Positions 14,095 through 27,161 of a stretch of 64,000 nucleotides of DNA are shown piece by piece (within the stretch, counting starts at the first letter, position 1; the number at the start of each line of letters is the position of its first letter). The DNA is taken from contig NC_045707.1 of the NCBI RefSeq assembly GCF_009834535.1, positions 56,298,001-56,362,000 of the forward strand, in the 5' to 3' direction. Position numbers and translations under genes: made by a program. The notes beneath the pieces are model-generated. The model had not been told where the DNA came from, searched no databases, and saw only the letters and a list, made by a program, of their open reading frames with translations. The stretch comes from Camelus ferus. Its lineage: Eukaryota.

Positions 14095-14189
14095 CAAACA
14101 TGCTGACATTCTGGCATTACGACCACAGAACCATCTTTCTTCCTTTAAATAGTGGCACATTGGAAATCCCCACTTTTCTTGGGTATATT
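14095..14189 (-). CDS. METTL25: METTL25 exon 6 (EYTQEKWGFPMCHYLKEERWFCGRNARMSACL)
   Basis: Acceptor ccccatctgcag|, donor TTG|gtacga; 95 nt, phase 1-0. Confidence 0.93.
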
Positions 14190-15351
14190 CTGCAGATGGG
14201 GAAAAAACATGGATTATTTAAATAAAATTCTTCCTTTTTTAGATAAAGTAAATAATATATTGAGAAAGCAAATCAGTCACTGAGAAAGTCAAACAGTAGT
14301 TAAACATGGAAGTGGTAATGTTTAATAGTTCATTCTCATATGCTAATTGAAAGCATATTAATATTATGAAAATGGCATTTTCTCAAAAACAGCTGCTTTG
14401 TATTTAAGCTCCAGGTGTGACAGCAACCAACTTGCCAAAATTATTTCTCAAAGACTTAGCAAAAAGCAATTTAAAATGGAAATACTTTTCATATTCAGTG
14501 TAACTACAGCAGGTAAGTAATGAGATAACTGGTCATTTACTGCTGACCTGATTTTCTAATAAAATGATTTATTAAATGTGACATTTGGCAGTTTATAATA
14601 GAACAATATTAATTTCATTCCTAACAACGTTGAAGCATCAATTTTTTTCCCACGATGTTCACTTTTCAGAAAAAGAACAGCTGTGTGGGCTTTTCTTTCT
14701 TCATTATATTAACAGGCTGTAATATTTTCAACTGTGATTCAATTTGGCTCAAATGCATTTATGGCTCAAGTATCAATAACAAACAAAAGCAACATTCATT
14801 GCTTAATCATGCATACCTGCTGCTCAACTCACTTATAGATTTACACATGTAATTTGCTGATTTTTAACCCCTTAAGTACAACTATTAATTTACACAGGGT
14901 TTTTGAAAAGGGAAAAAAAATTCTAATTTTCTATTATAAAATTATGATTTAATTTTATTAATTAATTTTAATATACAATTAAAATTTAATATAGAATTAC
15001 TAAAATTAGAAAATTCTGTTCTAATTTTAAATTAAAGCCTGGAAAATAAGAGCTTAAGTTTAATCAAAAATCTGACAATTAAATATAAATATAAATTTTC
15101 TATTTGGTTAAAAAGTAAAGCAGAACTCAAAAACAAGAAAATGCTTTAAAAGAAAATATTGTTGAGGTAGATTCCACTAAATAAACTTCTGTGCTATGAA
15201 AGATCAGATGACTTGATTAAAATAGAGAAAATTTAAATTTTGTGCAGATATAAGCCTGTGATAGTGATTTCTTTCAGGTATTAAATTAAGATTTATAACA
15301 TCTTACTGATAATCAGATGGAAGATATGGACCTTGTCCCAGGTATATAAAT

Positions 15352-15635
15352 AATAATAATGCTAGTATTTATACAGCACTTAATATTTTAGGCACTATTA
15401 TAAATGCCTTAAATATATTAACTAGCTTTAAATGTTAACAGCTTTAAATTCATTAACTAGTCCCCACAGCAATAGTATACCTATTGTATACTATTATTCT
15501 CATGTTTCAGATAGAGAAACTGAGCACAGGGAAGTTAAGAAAACTGCCTAAGTTGCAAATCCCTCACATGGCTGAGCTGGAATTTAAGCCCAGGCAGTCT
15601 GACTCCAGAGGCCATGTTCTTAACCACCAGGCTAC
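15352..15635 (-). mobile_element. MIR SINE
   Basis: tttcagatagagaaactgagcacagggaagttaag...ggaatttaagcccaggcagtctgactccagaggccatgttcttaaccac. Confidence 0.8.
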
Positions 15636-17601
15636 ATAAACAACTTCACCTAAAACTGCACGGGAATCAGGGAGCCTGCAGTCCTGGTAAACTGCTATTG
15701 CCTCCGACTGTTCTTATCTAAAGTATGTTAGCTTTTGGACTTTTATAACTGCTTCCTAACTAGTCTCTCTGTCTCTGATCAAGCTCCATGCCAACCTATC
15801 TTCTATTATGCCAAAAATACTACTTTTCAGAAATGTAAGTGAAATGTATGCAACTCTTTTGCATTAAACACTCAAAAATATTTTTCATGGAACAAAGTAT
15901 ACTTTGTCTTCCACTAAATAATACTCAGGTCTCAGTACAGCACTCATGGCTGTCATAATCCAGTCCTAATTTGTTTCTTTAGTCATGCTTTCTTATTTTT
16001 AAGAAAAGTTTATTATTTTTTTTATTGTTCATTTTTCATATTTTCACCCTCATGCCCAACTTAGTCTCTGCCATATATCCATGTGGACTTGCCTTACTCA
16101 GAACAAACACAGTTTCTGCCTCTTTGCCTCTTGTCCACAAAGTTTTCAAAGTGTCCTTCCCTAACTCATTTATCTTTTTGAATGAGGATCAAATGTCTTC
16201 TTTTTCAGAAAGCTTTCCTTTATCCCTCAGTTATGAAAAATTAGTCTCTCTTTTAGTCTTAATAGCATTTGGTTTATACATCCATCACTCATTGCTTCTT
16301 TCATACTTTTTTTCAATAATTCATATTCATGGTTGGTTAAGATCTATAGGTCATGAATATATCATTCTCAGACATGCATGGAAGTTCTGTGTAACTGCTT
16401 CTGAATTCCTCACTAGATCATGAGCTCCCTAAGGGGACAGAGAGTACCTCACTTATCTTACATCCTCAGTGCCTACTATAGAACTATGTCGAATTGAATC
16501 AACATGTCCTCATTCTATTTTGAAAATATACGCTTTAAAAATTTATTTAGCCATAAATGAAACCTGATATATAATTTTATCTAGGAAAAATAAACAGGTA
16601 TTATGCCATAGAGACACAAATTTTTATCACCTGAGTTAATAATCTCAACTTATATTACACCTTCATATATAGAGGGTTTTAGAATATTTTATTTAAAACC
16701 ACAATGACCGTTATTGAAAGACAGGCAAAAAAGATAGGAAAATATATACATAAAGTAAGTGATTTTTGAAAAGTTTTATTTTTATCTCCACATTCCTCCC
16801 CTGTTCAGTTTTTCTCCTGCTTATAACCTGATGTTATATATCTATTTATTTACTTTTTTATTACTTGATGCCTTCTTATCAGAATGTAAGTCTAGTGAGG
16901 ACAGGGGCTTTGTTTTGGTCAATCATGTATCCCTGTGCCCTAGAATAGCGACTAGCATGTGTCAGGTACCCAATTAATACTTCTTATATGAAGGGGAAAA
17001 AAAATCCCAAAATTACGAGGAATAAATCAAACTAAAACTGGGCAAGATTAACATAAATACCTCAAACAACAACCAAATAAATAAAGAGATAATTTATGTT
17101 ACAAAGAGGAAAAACATATCATAAAGACATAATTTCTTGCCATAATGATGTTTAAGTTTAATGTATGTCAATTAAAATCCCAACAGGTTTTTTTAACGGA
17201 TTTTAAAAATCTGATTCTAAAACCCATCTGACACACAAATCATCAAAATCAGCTTTTACTGAATTTGGTCAACAATGTTTATTATGATCCAAACATTATT
17301 AAGAAAATGAGATAATTTAAAAATCATTCTTCTTAAGTATAAAACATTTTGCAATTTTCATATGAATTTGCATTGTAACGTACACTTTAATCCCAAAAGA
17401 AAGAGTCAAACTTTTCTACCTAAATTTATTAAATGGTTGATGTGATCAGCATTTCAATTCTCCTCTTCCAGATCTCTTGATAAATAAAATATTCCATCTT
17501 CAAATTTTAAAATGGTTCTAAATTGTTAATATTAAATAAGCACTTTAATATTAATTATCTCCTTTCCTGAAAGATGGCCTGTGCCTTCCACAGTAGACAC
17601 A

Positions 17602-18029
17602 TGATAAAGAGCTCTAGCAAAATATGAAACAGAAGCCTTATTGCTTGACTTTCCCATCTGGCACTGTTCACCGTGTAGTACTGTTCACACTAAATGTCCT
17701 GGCTTCCATTCCATCAGCAGAAATACTTGCTCAACCATAAAGAGCAACATTTTCCTAGCATCAACAAGATAACTCCTTAAAAGATAACATTCTTTTTTGA
17801 TCTTGTAAGGGGCCAGATTACCCGTAGATCTGGATTGTGTAAACTGCCCATAATATGTCATTTAATGTACAGCCCCATCTCAAAAAAGTTATATTACTGT
17901 GCTTTGACTTCCAATGGGAGGAAGAGTTGTTGGAGCTCTCTGAGATGCTCTTCCTGGGTTATAATTAATCTGGCTTGAATAAAATTTTCCATTTCTTTCT
18001 TGGATAGACTGATTGATTTTTCATTGACA
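17602..18029 (+). mobile_element. Solo LTR-like element (ERV1-type); left boundary uncertain
   Basis: LTR-like 3' architecture: AATAAA at 17978-17983, then a pyrimidine-rich U5 ending ...ttcattgaCA. No clear TSD found. Confidence 0.55.
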
Positions 18030-18318
18030 CTCTTCAGCAGTAATAATGAATATAAATAAACTAAAGAATATAATAAACTGAAGAATTCAAAACAGTACAA
18101 CGAGAAGAGGAATAAGTAGATAATTTAAAAGTAGGCCAATTCTAAAAATTGATCTACTCTCTTAAAATGATTGGAATAAATATGGGTATAAAAATGTGGT
18201 AATTTAAAAATATAAAATTTATGTGTAGTTCTCAATAAAGATTCAAGTTGTAAAGCAGGTACAGAGAGATCCTAGAATTCAAGACTTTTAAAGAAAATCA
18301 CAGCAGGATAATCACATA

Positions 18319-18455
18319 TTCACATAAATTAACTGATTCTATAATATGAGGGAACATACTGGTGGTCCTCTCTGCCTTCACCAGAAAGTTCACATAAATT
18401 AACTGATTCTATAATATGAGGGAACATACTGGTCCTCTCTGCCTTCACCAGAAAG
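18319..18455. repeat. Near-perfect tandem duplication (70 bp + 67 bp)
   Basis: Copy 1 (18319-18388) and copy 2 (18389-18455) are identical except for a 3-bp GGT indel. Confidence 0.95.
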
Positions 18456-21400
18456 TATCCTCAATTAAAGTCACTGAGATATATATCCCATGCATGGTCT
18501 TTTGCTTCAGAGAATACTCTAAAGGAGCATAGCTGGTTAGCCAAAGGTAAAAGAGTAACTTATTATTTCTCATTTGTTTCTCTCTAGACAACACCAGGCA
18601 TAGCCCTATTTATATCATTTTTTTTCTGCTTCTCATCTCTACTTGTGGCTCCATTATGTAACCAATGTACTAATATTTCACTTACCCTTTGGTTAAAAGT
18701 GCAGCTGGAAGTATAATCTCAAGGGAATATATAAACTACAGTATATATACAAAAGAAAATAAACACCCATTTACAAATGCATATATTGCTTTAATAGAAT
18801 CGTACCTACATTCAAACACTGTTTCTGAATGAATCAGTCTGGATACTACTGTCTTGGTATTTTTATGCATGACTATAAGAATGGCAAGTTCAGGTACTGA
18901 GAGAAAAACACTGCGTTGGTCTGGCAAACACTGTGACAGCAGCTCCCCAATGGTGCTCCTCACTGTGCATGGCAAATTTCCTCTGCTGCTCTCGATCCAC
19001 CCTTTATAGTCAAGACTGGAGTCTTGATAAAAGAGTTTACAACTGAGACACATGGAATATCTGAAACATTAAGTCAATGAGACAATCTTTACACTACTAT
19101 TATAAAGCATGTTGCAACTTCATTCCTATGAAAATTTTGCTCCTTTTGCCAGACTGATGGTGAAGATAACTTAGATAATTTGCTTATAATGTATTTACCA
19201 TGGGGAAAAAGAAATGTGAGAATACAATATTTATAGCAACATAATTTTCAAGATAATTTGCTGTACAGTATACAAATCCAAATTTGTATACAAAACTAGT
19301 AAAATGTAAACTAGTTTTTTTTTAAAGCCTGTTTGATTGTAAACTTTCCAATAAAATTTTCTATCAGCTTTGATTTCATATAACTTTATATTTGGAGCAT
19401 ATACTATTTCTCTTTACTACTTCTTTTAAGTGGATATATTAATTTTTTAATTTTAGGTTTAATTACATTCATGACTTCCTTATTTAACATGAACACAGGG
19501 AGAATTTGTTTTACGCTGAGTATAATCTACATGAGCTTCTAAAATCACTTTCTATTAGTCATGAAAACCATTAAAGAAAGGGGAAATGTATTAAAACTCC
19601 ATGTCTAACTACTTCTAGGCAGCAAGCAGATGCCCTATGGCAAAAGTAAAACTCAGTGCCAATACTCTAGAAAATGCACAACTGACTGAAGACCAGACAC
19701 AGCTGTCTGTGTGAGGTAACTGCACAGACTGCCAAGTACATCTAGAAATCTCTGCATTCACTCCATATTAATTGGCAAGAATTTTCCTGAGACATAAGCC
19801 CAAATGAACAGTGAGAAATAATGTGATATTGTAACAAAAGCTTCTAAACAGCTGAATCTACAAGGTTGACAGTAGAGTCTACTTGTCTGCTCTAGGATTA
19901 CAAGAACAGTATCTATATCAAGCTGAGGTAGCTCCAGATAATTACTGATTGAATTTCTGAACAAGCTAATAAAGTTACTATTGATAGTTAAGAAAACAAA
20001 AATTTAAATATGCATTTAACTAGGAATTATTGTTAGATAATTTTACTTAACATAAAACTGTGAAAAGCAACACTTATGGCCATTATTACACTGACATATA
20101 TTTAAAAGTATAATCTTCAAAAATACCATTTTATCAGTCAAATGCAGAATCATAGCAGGAAAGCAGAGTATTTGTTTATGCAAACCCAATATTATTAAGA
20201 AAAAAAGGTAAATTAAACCTAAATGTTGTGATAAAAAAGGTGAGGCTCAGTTTAAATAAAAGGCATGTTTTGGAAAGTTACATTCAAGTCATAGAAGTAT
20301 ATTATTGGAGTCATAAGAGACCTCCAAGATCATTTAATTGAACACTTCTCTTTTTACTAATTGGCAAATGATCCACAAAGGCTAACTGATTTATCTGAGT
20401 CCACAGCACTGCAGGGATAGAAGTAAAACTTCAGTCAGTCAAAGCATCTCCTCCTTTACAGGGTACTTGTGGACTTCCTTGGGCATTTATATCTCACTGT
20501 CTGTGTATCCAATATAACATACATAACTCTAATATAGAACGTATCACACTGTATTCCAACTGTCTTTTGTTATCTGTCTTCCCGTTGGGTTGTAAATTTC
20601 TTTATATTGTCTTCCTAGAAATCCCTGGTCTCTTGCAAAGTGGACAGTTGGTGGGTACACAGTTCCTTGAGTGTCTCCTATATCTCAGCACATTCAATGC
20701 TGAGTAAGTGTTCATTGATATTCTCAAAGCTCAAAATTGTTGTTACTAAATCAGCTGCTCCTTAAGACAAAATGTAATCCCTTCCACATGAGCTGGGACA
20801 CTCAGAGACACCTCACCCTGACCACATTCCAGAGAAGGAAAGCAGCACCAGGTCACTTTATTTGATTGTGAACAAGTTAGAGGACAAAACTGAAGAGAGG
20901 GAGGCAGGGATTAGGAAACTGTCTTAAACCAGTGTTAGCAAGGACAGACTTACCAGTTCCCAAACTGTCTCTGTCAAATCAATGTCCCCTACTCAGTTCC
21001 TAAACTCAAAGTAACCAAGCTTTTTTCATATTTAAGGAGCACTATTCTTAAAAACAGATGAGGGCTAGAACTAGTGTTCAGTTCTGCATTTGGCCTCTAC
21101 TCTATACTCAGGAAGAACTAGTATTTGTGTACTCCCCTGAGGGGCAGCTTCCCCTGCTCACCCATTTTGTTCCCACATACTCTGCCTGTGCTTGTGTCTT
21201 AGGTTCTGGTTTAGATTCTAGTCCTCTAATAAAATCAGTACCCATTCCAGAACACTAACACATTGGGTTGTAGCCTTGATGGTTTAAAATTTAAACAGAA
21301 TCTCCCCAGGAGGCCAAATCCTATTCCTCTATGCCAGCCTCTGAGTTTTAACAGTGTGACTCTAGAGCCAGAATGACTAGGCTAAATAATTCCTCCACTT

Positions 21401-21482
21401 ATTAACTGTGTGATCTTAGGCAAGTTACTTAACCTCTGGGATTCAGTTTTCTCATCTAAAAATGAACACAATGATAACAGTA

Positions 21483-21793
21483 CAGTTGGCCCTCCATATT
21501 CAGGGGTTCTACATTTACAGGATTCAACCAACCATGGATCAAAATTTTTGGAAAGAAAAAATTCAGAAAGTTCTAAAAGCAAAACTTGAATTTGCTGTGT
21601 ACCAGGCAACTATCTACATATTATTTTCATTGTATTAGGTATTATAAGTAATCTAGAGATAAACTACACAGGAGGATGTGAGTAGCTTAATACAAATACT
21701 ATGCCATTTTACATAAGGAACTTGAGCATCCCTGAATTTTGGTATCCACAAGGATCCTGAAATCAACCTCTGGTGGATACTGAGGAATGACTG
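21483..21793. mobile_element. MER2-family (Tigger-type MITE), full length, with TA target-site duplication, inserted into a MIR
   Basis: TA|cagttggccctc...gaggaatgactg|TA terminal inverted repeats; MIR sequence continues on both sides (about 21350-21482 and 21794-21900). Confidence 0.85.
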
Positions 21794-22146
21794 TATTACC
21801 TTACAAGGGTATCATGGGGAACAAAGGAATTAATAAAAGTAAAGTATTTGAAATAGTGCTTCACTTACAGTAAATGCTCATTAAAAATTAGCATTTATTA
21901 AGCAACATGGGTAGTTTTGCACCTAATCAGAAACTCTTGCTGCATGTGCTCAAATTTTCCAATAAGACCCTTTGATAACAGATGCCAACTCACATAAACT
22001 TACAGGAAAAGTAAACTACCTTTCACCCCTCAGCCTGGGCCTGAGTGACTCAGTTACAGCACTAATACCATTTTCTGACAGAATACATAGCAGGCAGCTA
22101 CATTAGGGTGAACCAAAACCTAGAGATGACCACGGCCAGAGGCAGC

Positions 22147-22169
22147 AAAAAAAAAAAAAAAAAAAAAAA
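22147..22169. repeat. A23 homopolymer, inside an MLT1-like remnant
   Basis: Run directly visible; the flanking MLT1 assignment is tentative. Confidence 0.85.
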
Positions 22170-23304
22170 GGCACAATGCTTCTGTCTTGTGTTAAAAAAA
22201 AAAAATTCCTAGGGAACCCCCTAGAAGATACGTTCCTCATGCCTCACTGGTTAAGAAATGTGTCTCACGGTTATTCCTAAACAAATGGAATTACCAAAAC
22301 TAATTTAGATTGAGCATCAAAAATTTCTAAGGCTATAGCAGGGCTCAATCTCCCTAATAACTGAAGCTTGAAGAAAATCATAGCTCAATTAGCAAGGAAA
22401 AGGAGATGTGTGGATCTGGGTAAGTAATGGATAGGTAACTTTAGCATCTTTCTACCTTTATGGGAAAAGTGACCAAAAGAAGTTCTGTCTCCAAATTCTA
22501 GGTGAAGAAATAATAACAGTATTTCAAATTAATTATGATAATAATAATCAATATTGAGACAAAACACCAAAACAAGTCAAGATTGAGAAAACAAGCTTTA
22601 TATTCTATAAAGCACAGCAGTAAAACTGTTTCTGGTATTTCTCATTCTCCTAGGAACTACTGGCTCCTGATGTATAAATATTTAAAAGCAGTTTTTAAAA
22701 CATATGGTAGGACTTTGGTATTCATAACTGCTCAGAGAGTTCTGAGGTATTTTTGAAAACCGACGTTCATGACAGACCACCTCTATGGTCTACCACAGTG
22801 TACTAGGCAAACACATTCATGTATAACACATATTGTTTACATAGTACATATGATCACAAAAAGAAGCAGTGTACGTACCAGACTCTCCTATACTTTGTTG
22901 GACTATTAATAACTCAAATTTATATCCCAAAGGGCAACGCTGCCCTCAATTCAAACTACAAAACAGCTGTGCAAACAAACTAAGGGTTAGGGGGAGGCGT
23001 GTAAGATATGAAGGGAGAGACACATGACATACTTGATTATTCAGAGATACAACTTCACGGAATCAAGTCCTAGATATATGACTGGAAATACGCTAGCCCT
23101 GTGCATGTAAACCCCTTGCCCTAGAAGTTAGTTACTGTAATGTAATGATTCAACTGTAGAGTGGTGGATTTCTATTTTAGTAAGGAATACTAGGACTATA
23201 ATAGTATATGTTGTATGTATAAAACAAGACCACATCTCTACTCTTCCAAACAGTCACTGCTCAACAGCCGAAACCAAACTGTGCACTGTTGTTTGCCTTC
23301 ACAG

Positions 23305-23326
23305 ACACACACACACACACACACAC
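23305..23326. repeat. (AC)11 microsatellite
   Basis: Directly visible. Confidence 0.9.
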
Positions 23327-23764
23327 GCACCTGCTCATCAGTAAAATTAAGCTATCAAAATTTTAGTGGTACTCATAATTATTTTGGACTTTCTTTGCCT
23401 AGATTTTTTTCCCTTGATTTTTTCTAATTTCTAACCCTTAACTTTATTGTGCATTTATGACCCAGTTTGCCCTGTATGTTTGATTTCCCAGGTTTTCACT
23501 CTGAGCTCTATACTTCAAGGACTTTTTTTGGTGGGGGTGGGGGGGCGTGGTTAATGACTCTGTCTACACTCTGAACTGTGATATACCCTTCTGGACCCTT
23601 TTGGGTTCAGCCTCTGGTTTGGATCTGCAAGCTGGCATGTGAGTAGAGTCCACCTAAGTCTCTGCGTGGGAGAAGTTAGAATAACTACAAGTAACATTGA
23701 ATATATTTCTAAAAAACATCTAGAATGCTGTACATCTTTTTTAGGAGCCATAATAAGTCCTTGT

Positions 23765-23936
23765 TTTCAATGATGCTGTTCATTAGAATTACCTATAGAG
23801 CTTCTTAAAAATATTTATATTCAAGTCCCATTCTTAGAGACTGTAATCCAGAAGGTCAGAAGCAGGTCCCAGTTATCTAGATACTGAAAGTGTCATATTT
23901 GATCCAGTTGGGCAGCCAGTGTTGAGAAACACTGCT
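23765..23936. mobile_element. MER5-like hAT MITE fragment
   Basis: cattagaattacctatagagcttcttaaaaat...gcagccagtgttgagaaacactgc. Confidence 0.55.
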
Positions 23937-26900
23937 ATAAAAATTGCAGGAGATGGTCCGTATCTTCTTTCTTTCACTATAGCCAAGATAAGGCAAGAAA
24001 AATGAAGATAGGAGTGTGGGAAAGAGAGAAGTGACCACTGCCACCCAGTTTTTGAGATGAGAAAATGCAGAGTCCAAAGCTAGGCAAAACTGCAACGTGA
24101 ACCAATGTTGCTTTTGTTATTCCTATCACTTATTTTTCTACATTTTCCTCCTCTCTTTTGACTTTCCAACTCTTTCCCTGACTTCCAAAGCACTGGAAGG
24201 TGCTCATGTTACATACATCTCCATCTATGTCACCATATCACTCAGTCCTGCTTATTCTTTGCTTTCCTAACAAGCAAAGCTCCCAGCTCTCTGTTCTTTT
24301 CAGGCATTTATGAGGAAATCAAATAACACTAAGTTATTACTATTAGCTTTCCCCACTTAAGTCTAGTATTGTTTACCAGATAATCTCAATGATTCTCAAT
24401 GGTTAAGATATTTTTTACAGGAAGGACTTTCCATGAATTTAGAAGCAAAATGAGAGTCTGTAGCTGCCAGTCACTGTGGTAACAAACCTTTCCAACACTA
24501 TTTGTCTGAGTCCTGGGGCCAAAAACGTCCTATCAATGTGGTGAACAAAGGTAACTGCTACTCAATTATCTACTCAACAAACCCTGTACAAACAACGATC
24601 TACATGAACCGTGTTTGATGCAATGTGCTTAGTTCTGAAGATACAAAAGTGAATAAAAACGAGTGTCTATATTTTAAATACTTATAAATCTATCAAATCT
24701 TTCCATGGCAGAAACAAAGTGGAAGAGGCTGAAGATGTGGATGCACTAATTTTCCTTCTTCCTTCAGATTCTGTAAAGGCCTCTCTAGTGAACATACCTT
24801 AGTCAAAGGAATTTCTTGTTTCAGTTTGAATACATGGTCAGTAAAAGTTGTAAACAGTTTAATACAATAATCTGTTAAAACAGGTACCTAAAGACTGATA
24901 TAAAATGGATTGACAAAGGAGCAGATGGTCACTCTCTTAAATTTTTCATACCCTGGTAAGCAGCTTCTGCTAACCCCTTTGAGTACAAAACTGAAGAATC
25001 AGACATTAGATAAAAAATGTACCAATGACATTTCTGGTTGCAAAAAATTATTGATGGCCCCTTAAATCTGAATTTATTTACATATTCAACAAAAGCCAGA
25101 CAAAGAATAAAAAAATTATTCATAAGCCACACTTTACATTACAAATCTTTATTTAAATGTAAGTTAGGAAATAAACATCCCAAAGCAGCAGAACCAGCTC
25201 AGGGGATCACTCCAGAGGGAGAGGCAGGTGTGGAAAAATGTGTGTGATGGAGAACAAAGTATACTGCTAAAAGAGAGGATCCCACTCATGGTGAGAAATG
25301 CAGAGAGCAGGTCTGAGACCTGATGATACAGAGCAATGGCTGCAATGGTCCCGCAGAACCATAGATGGCAGTCTTAAGAAGGTACCACCTAAGGAGGAGG
25401 GGGAGCCTCTTAGGAAAGGAAGGCATTTGGTTGGGGGATGATGATAAAGTGAAAGAAGGAAGCAGGCAGCTGAAATGAAAGCTCTTACACTGTAAGACAG
25501 TACCTCTGAATTGAAAGACACACCAAGTGACTATACCTACCCCGAACTGAGCCAACTATTAAAAAAAACCCCATTCCATTGTACCCACAGAACAGGAAAC
25601 TCTTGAACTAAGAATGAAAAGTCCCCTATGTAGAATTTTGTGCTATTGCTGATTCAGGAAAATACTTTGCATTTAATATTTTAAAAGCTGTAAAACTGTG
25701 ATTGTATTAAAGTGTCTTTTTCCCCCATTTCTTTCAGGAAAAATGCACAAAAGGCTGTGTAAATATTGGGTATATACTTTAGAATAAATAAATTTTTAAG
25801 TTCACTTTTCCCACTAAATTTCTACCTTGAAAATTTTTGTACTCAGAGAAAAGCTGGAAATAATGGCATGACAAACATATATTCTCCATTTAAATTAAAC
25901 AATTGTTAACTTTTTGCCAATTTGTTTTCTTTCTCTCCTTCTGTGTATCTATATAAATTCACAATTTTACTTCTGCATGCCTTTCCCAGAAGACAGTTTT
26001 TAAAACCCTGACATAAAAAAATTCAAATTCAGTTAACTCTTTTTCACAAAAACCTTTGCCAGTTTTAAGGATGATCTCTGTTTCACCCAGCTGAATTTCA
26101 GTGGAATTATACAATCATAATTTTCACCTCTTGGACATGACTAAATTAAAAGTAATCAAAATTTCATATTCATCTAGGTTTTAAAACTGAGAAAAAGCTA
26201 ACAATACCAACCATATTCACACAACATTCTGACCTAAAAATTGTTAGCAAGGGACACTGGATGTGGATAGAGACTTCATTAAACTAACAGAAAAGATAAC
26301 TACTAATATTAATAGAATAAATACATCTACTCTGAATCAGTGGTTTTGAAACCATGTCTAACAGAGAGATATAAGAGAGAAAATGGGTCAAACAGAGGAA
26401 TGTCAGGAGCTGCTCTGGATGAAGGGTATGGGCATCTTAACATCAACGTCCTCAGTACTTTGCTCCTCAGGTGCCTTCTCAGCCCAGGGAGCACAATCTG
26501 AATACTATTATTTTAATGCAACTGCACAGTTTTCTAGCTTTTTAAAATCATAGTATTTTGACTTGTTGAAATACAGTAAGAAACTTTTAGGGAGTGCAGA
26601 GAAGTATCAATATTTCTTACAAAACACAGAAGGCTTTGGAAATGAAAGCAAATCTTGCCGAAACTAAATTTATGACAAAATAGCTTAGCTTTACTACCTG
26701 AGTAAATGTATATCTTACAAATATTTTTAAACAAAAGTTCTCTAAAGCATAGAGTACACAGAGTTTTCACATATTTGCATTTTCAACATTCATTAAGACC
26801 ATACTATGACCAAAGAAACTATAAAAAAACACAAGTGATAGTGCATCAAATTTTATTTGATGTACCATTTCTAAAATTATAAGAATATCAGATATTATCT

Positions 26901-27013
26901 CAAATATTAATTCAAAGTGACAATGATGTCAACAACAAAAAAAAAAGAGGGAGAGATACAAAGCAGCCATTACGCTTAAATAGATACAATTATGAGAATG
27001 AAGAATTTTGTAC

Positions 27014-27161
27014 CTTTTTGTGGGTTTTCAAACTCTTCAGATAAGAGGTGGTAGCAACAACCCACGCTGCAAACTCCCTTGATTTCAGACTTGGAAGTGA
27101 ATATTCGCAGAGTATTTGGAGCAAGATCACCACAAGTATGTAGACCTACCATCAAACAATC
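27014..27161 (-). CDS. METTL25: METTL25 exon 5 (DCLMVGLHTCGDLAPNTLRIFTSKSEIKGVCSVGCCYHLLSEEFENPQK)
   Basis: Acceptor tgttttaag|GAT, donor AAG|gtacaa; 148 nt, phase 0-1; GLHTCGDL and GCCYH motifs. Not in the ORF track. Confidence 0.95.

Noticed and set aside
18319..18455. CRISPR-like array
   Set aside because: Only two adjacent copies, no spacers, no cas genes, and a mammalian context.
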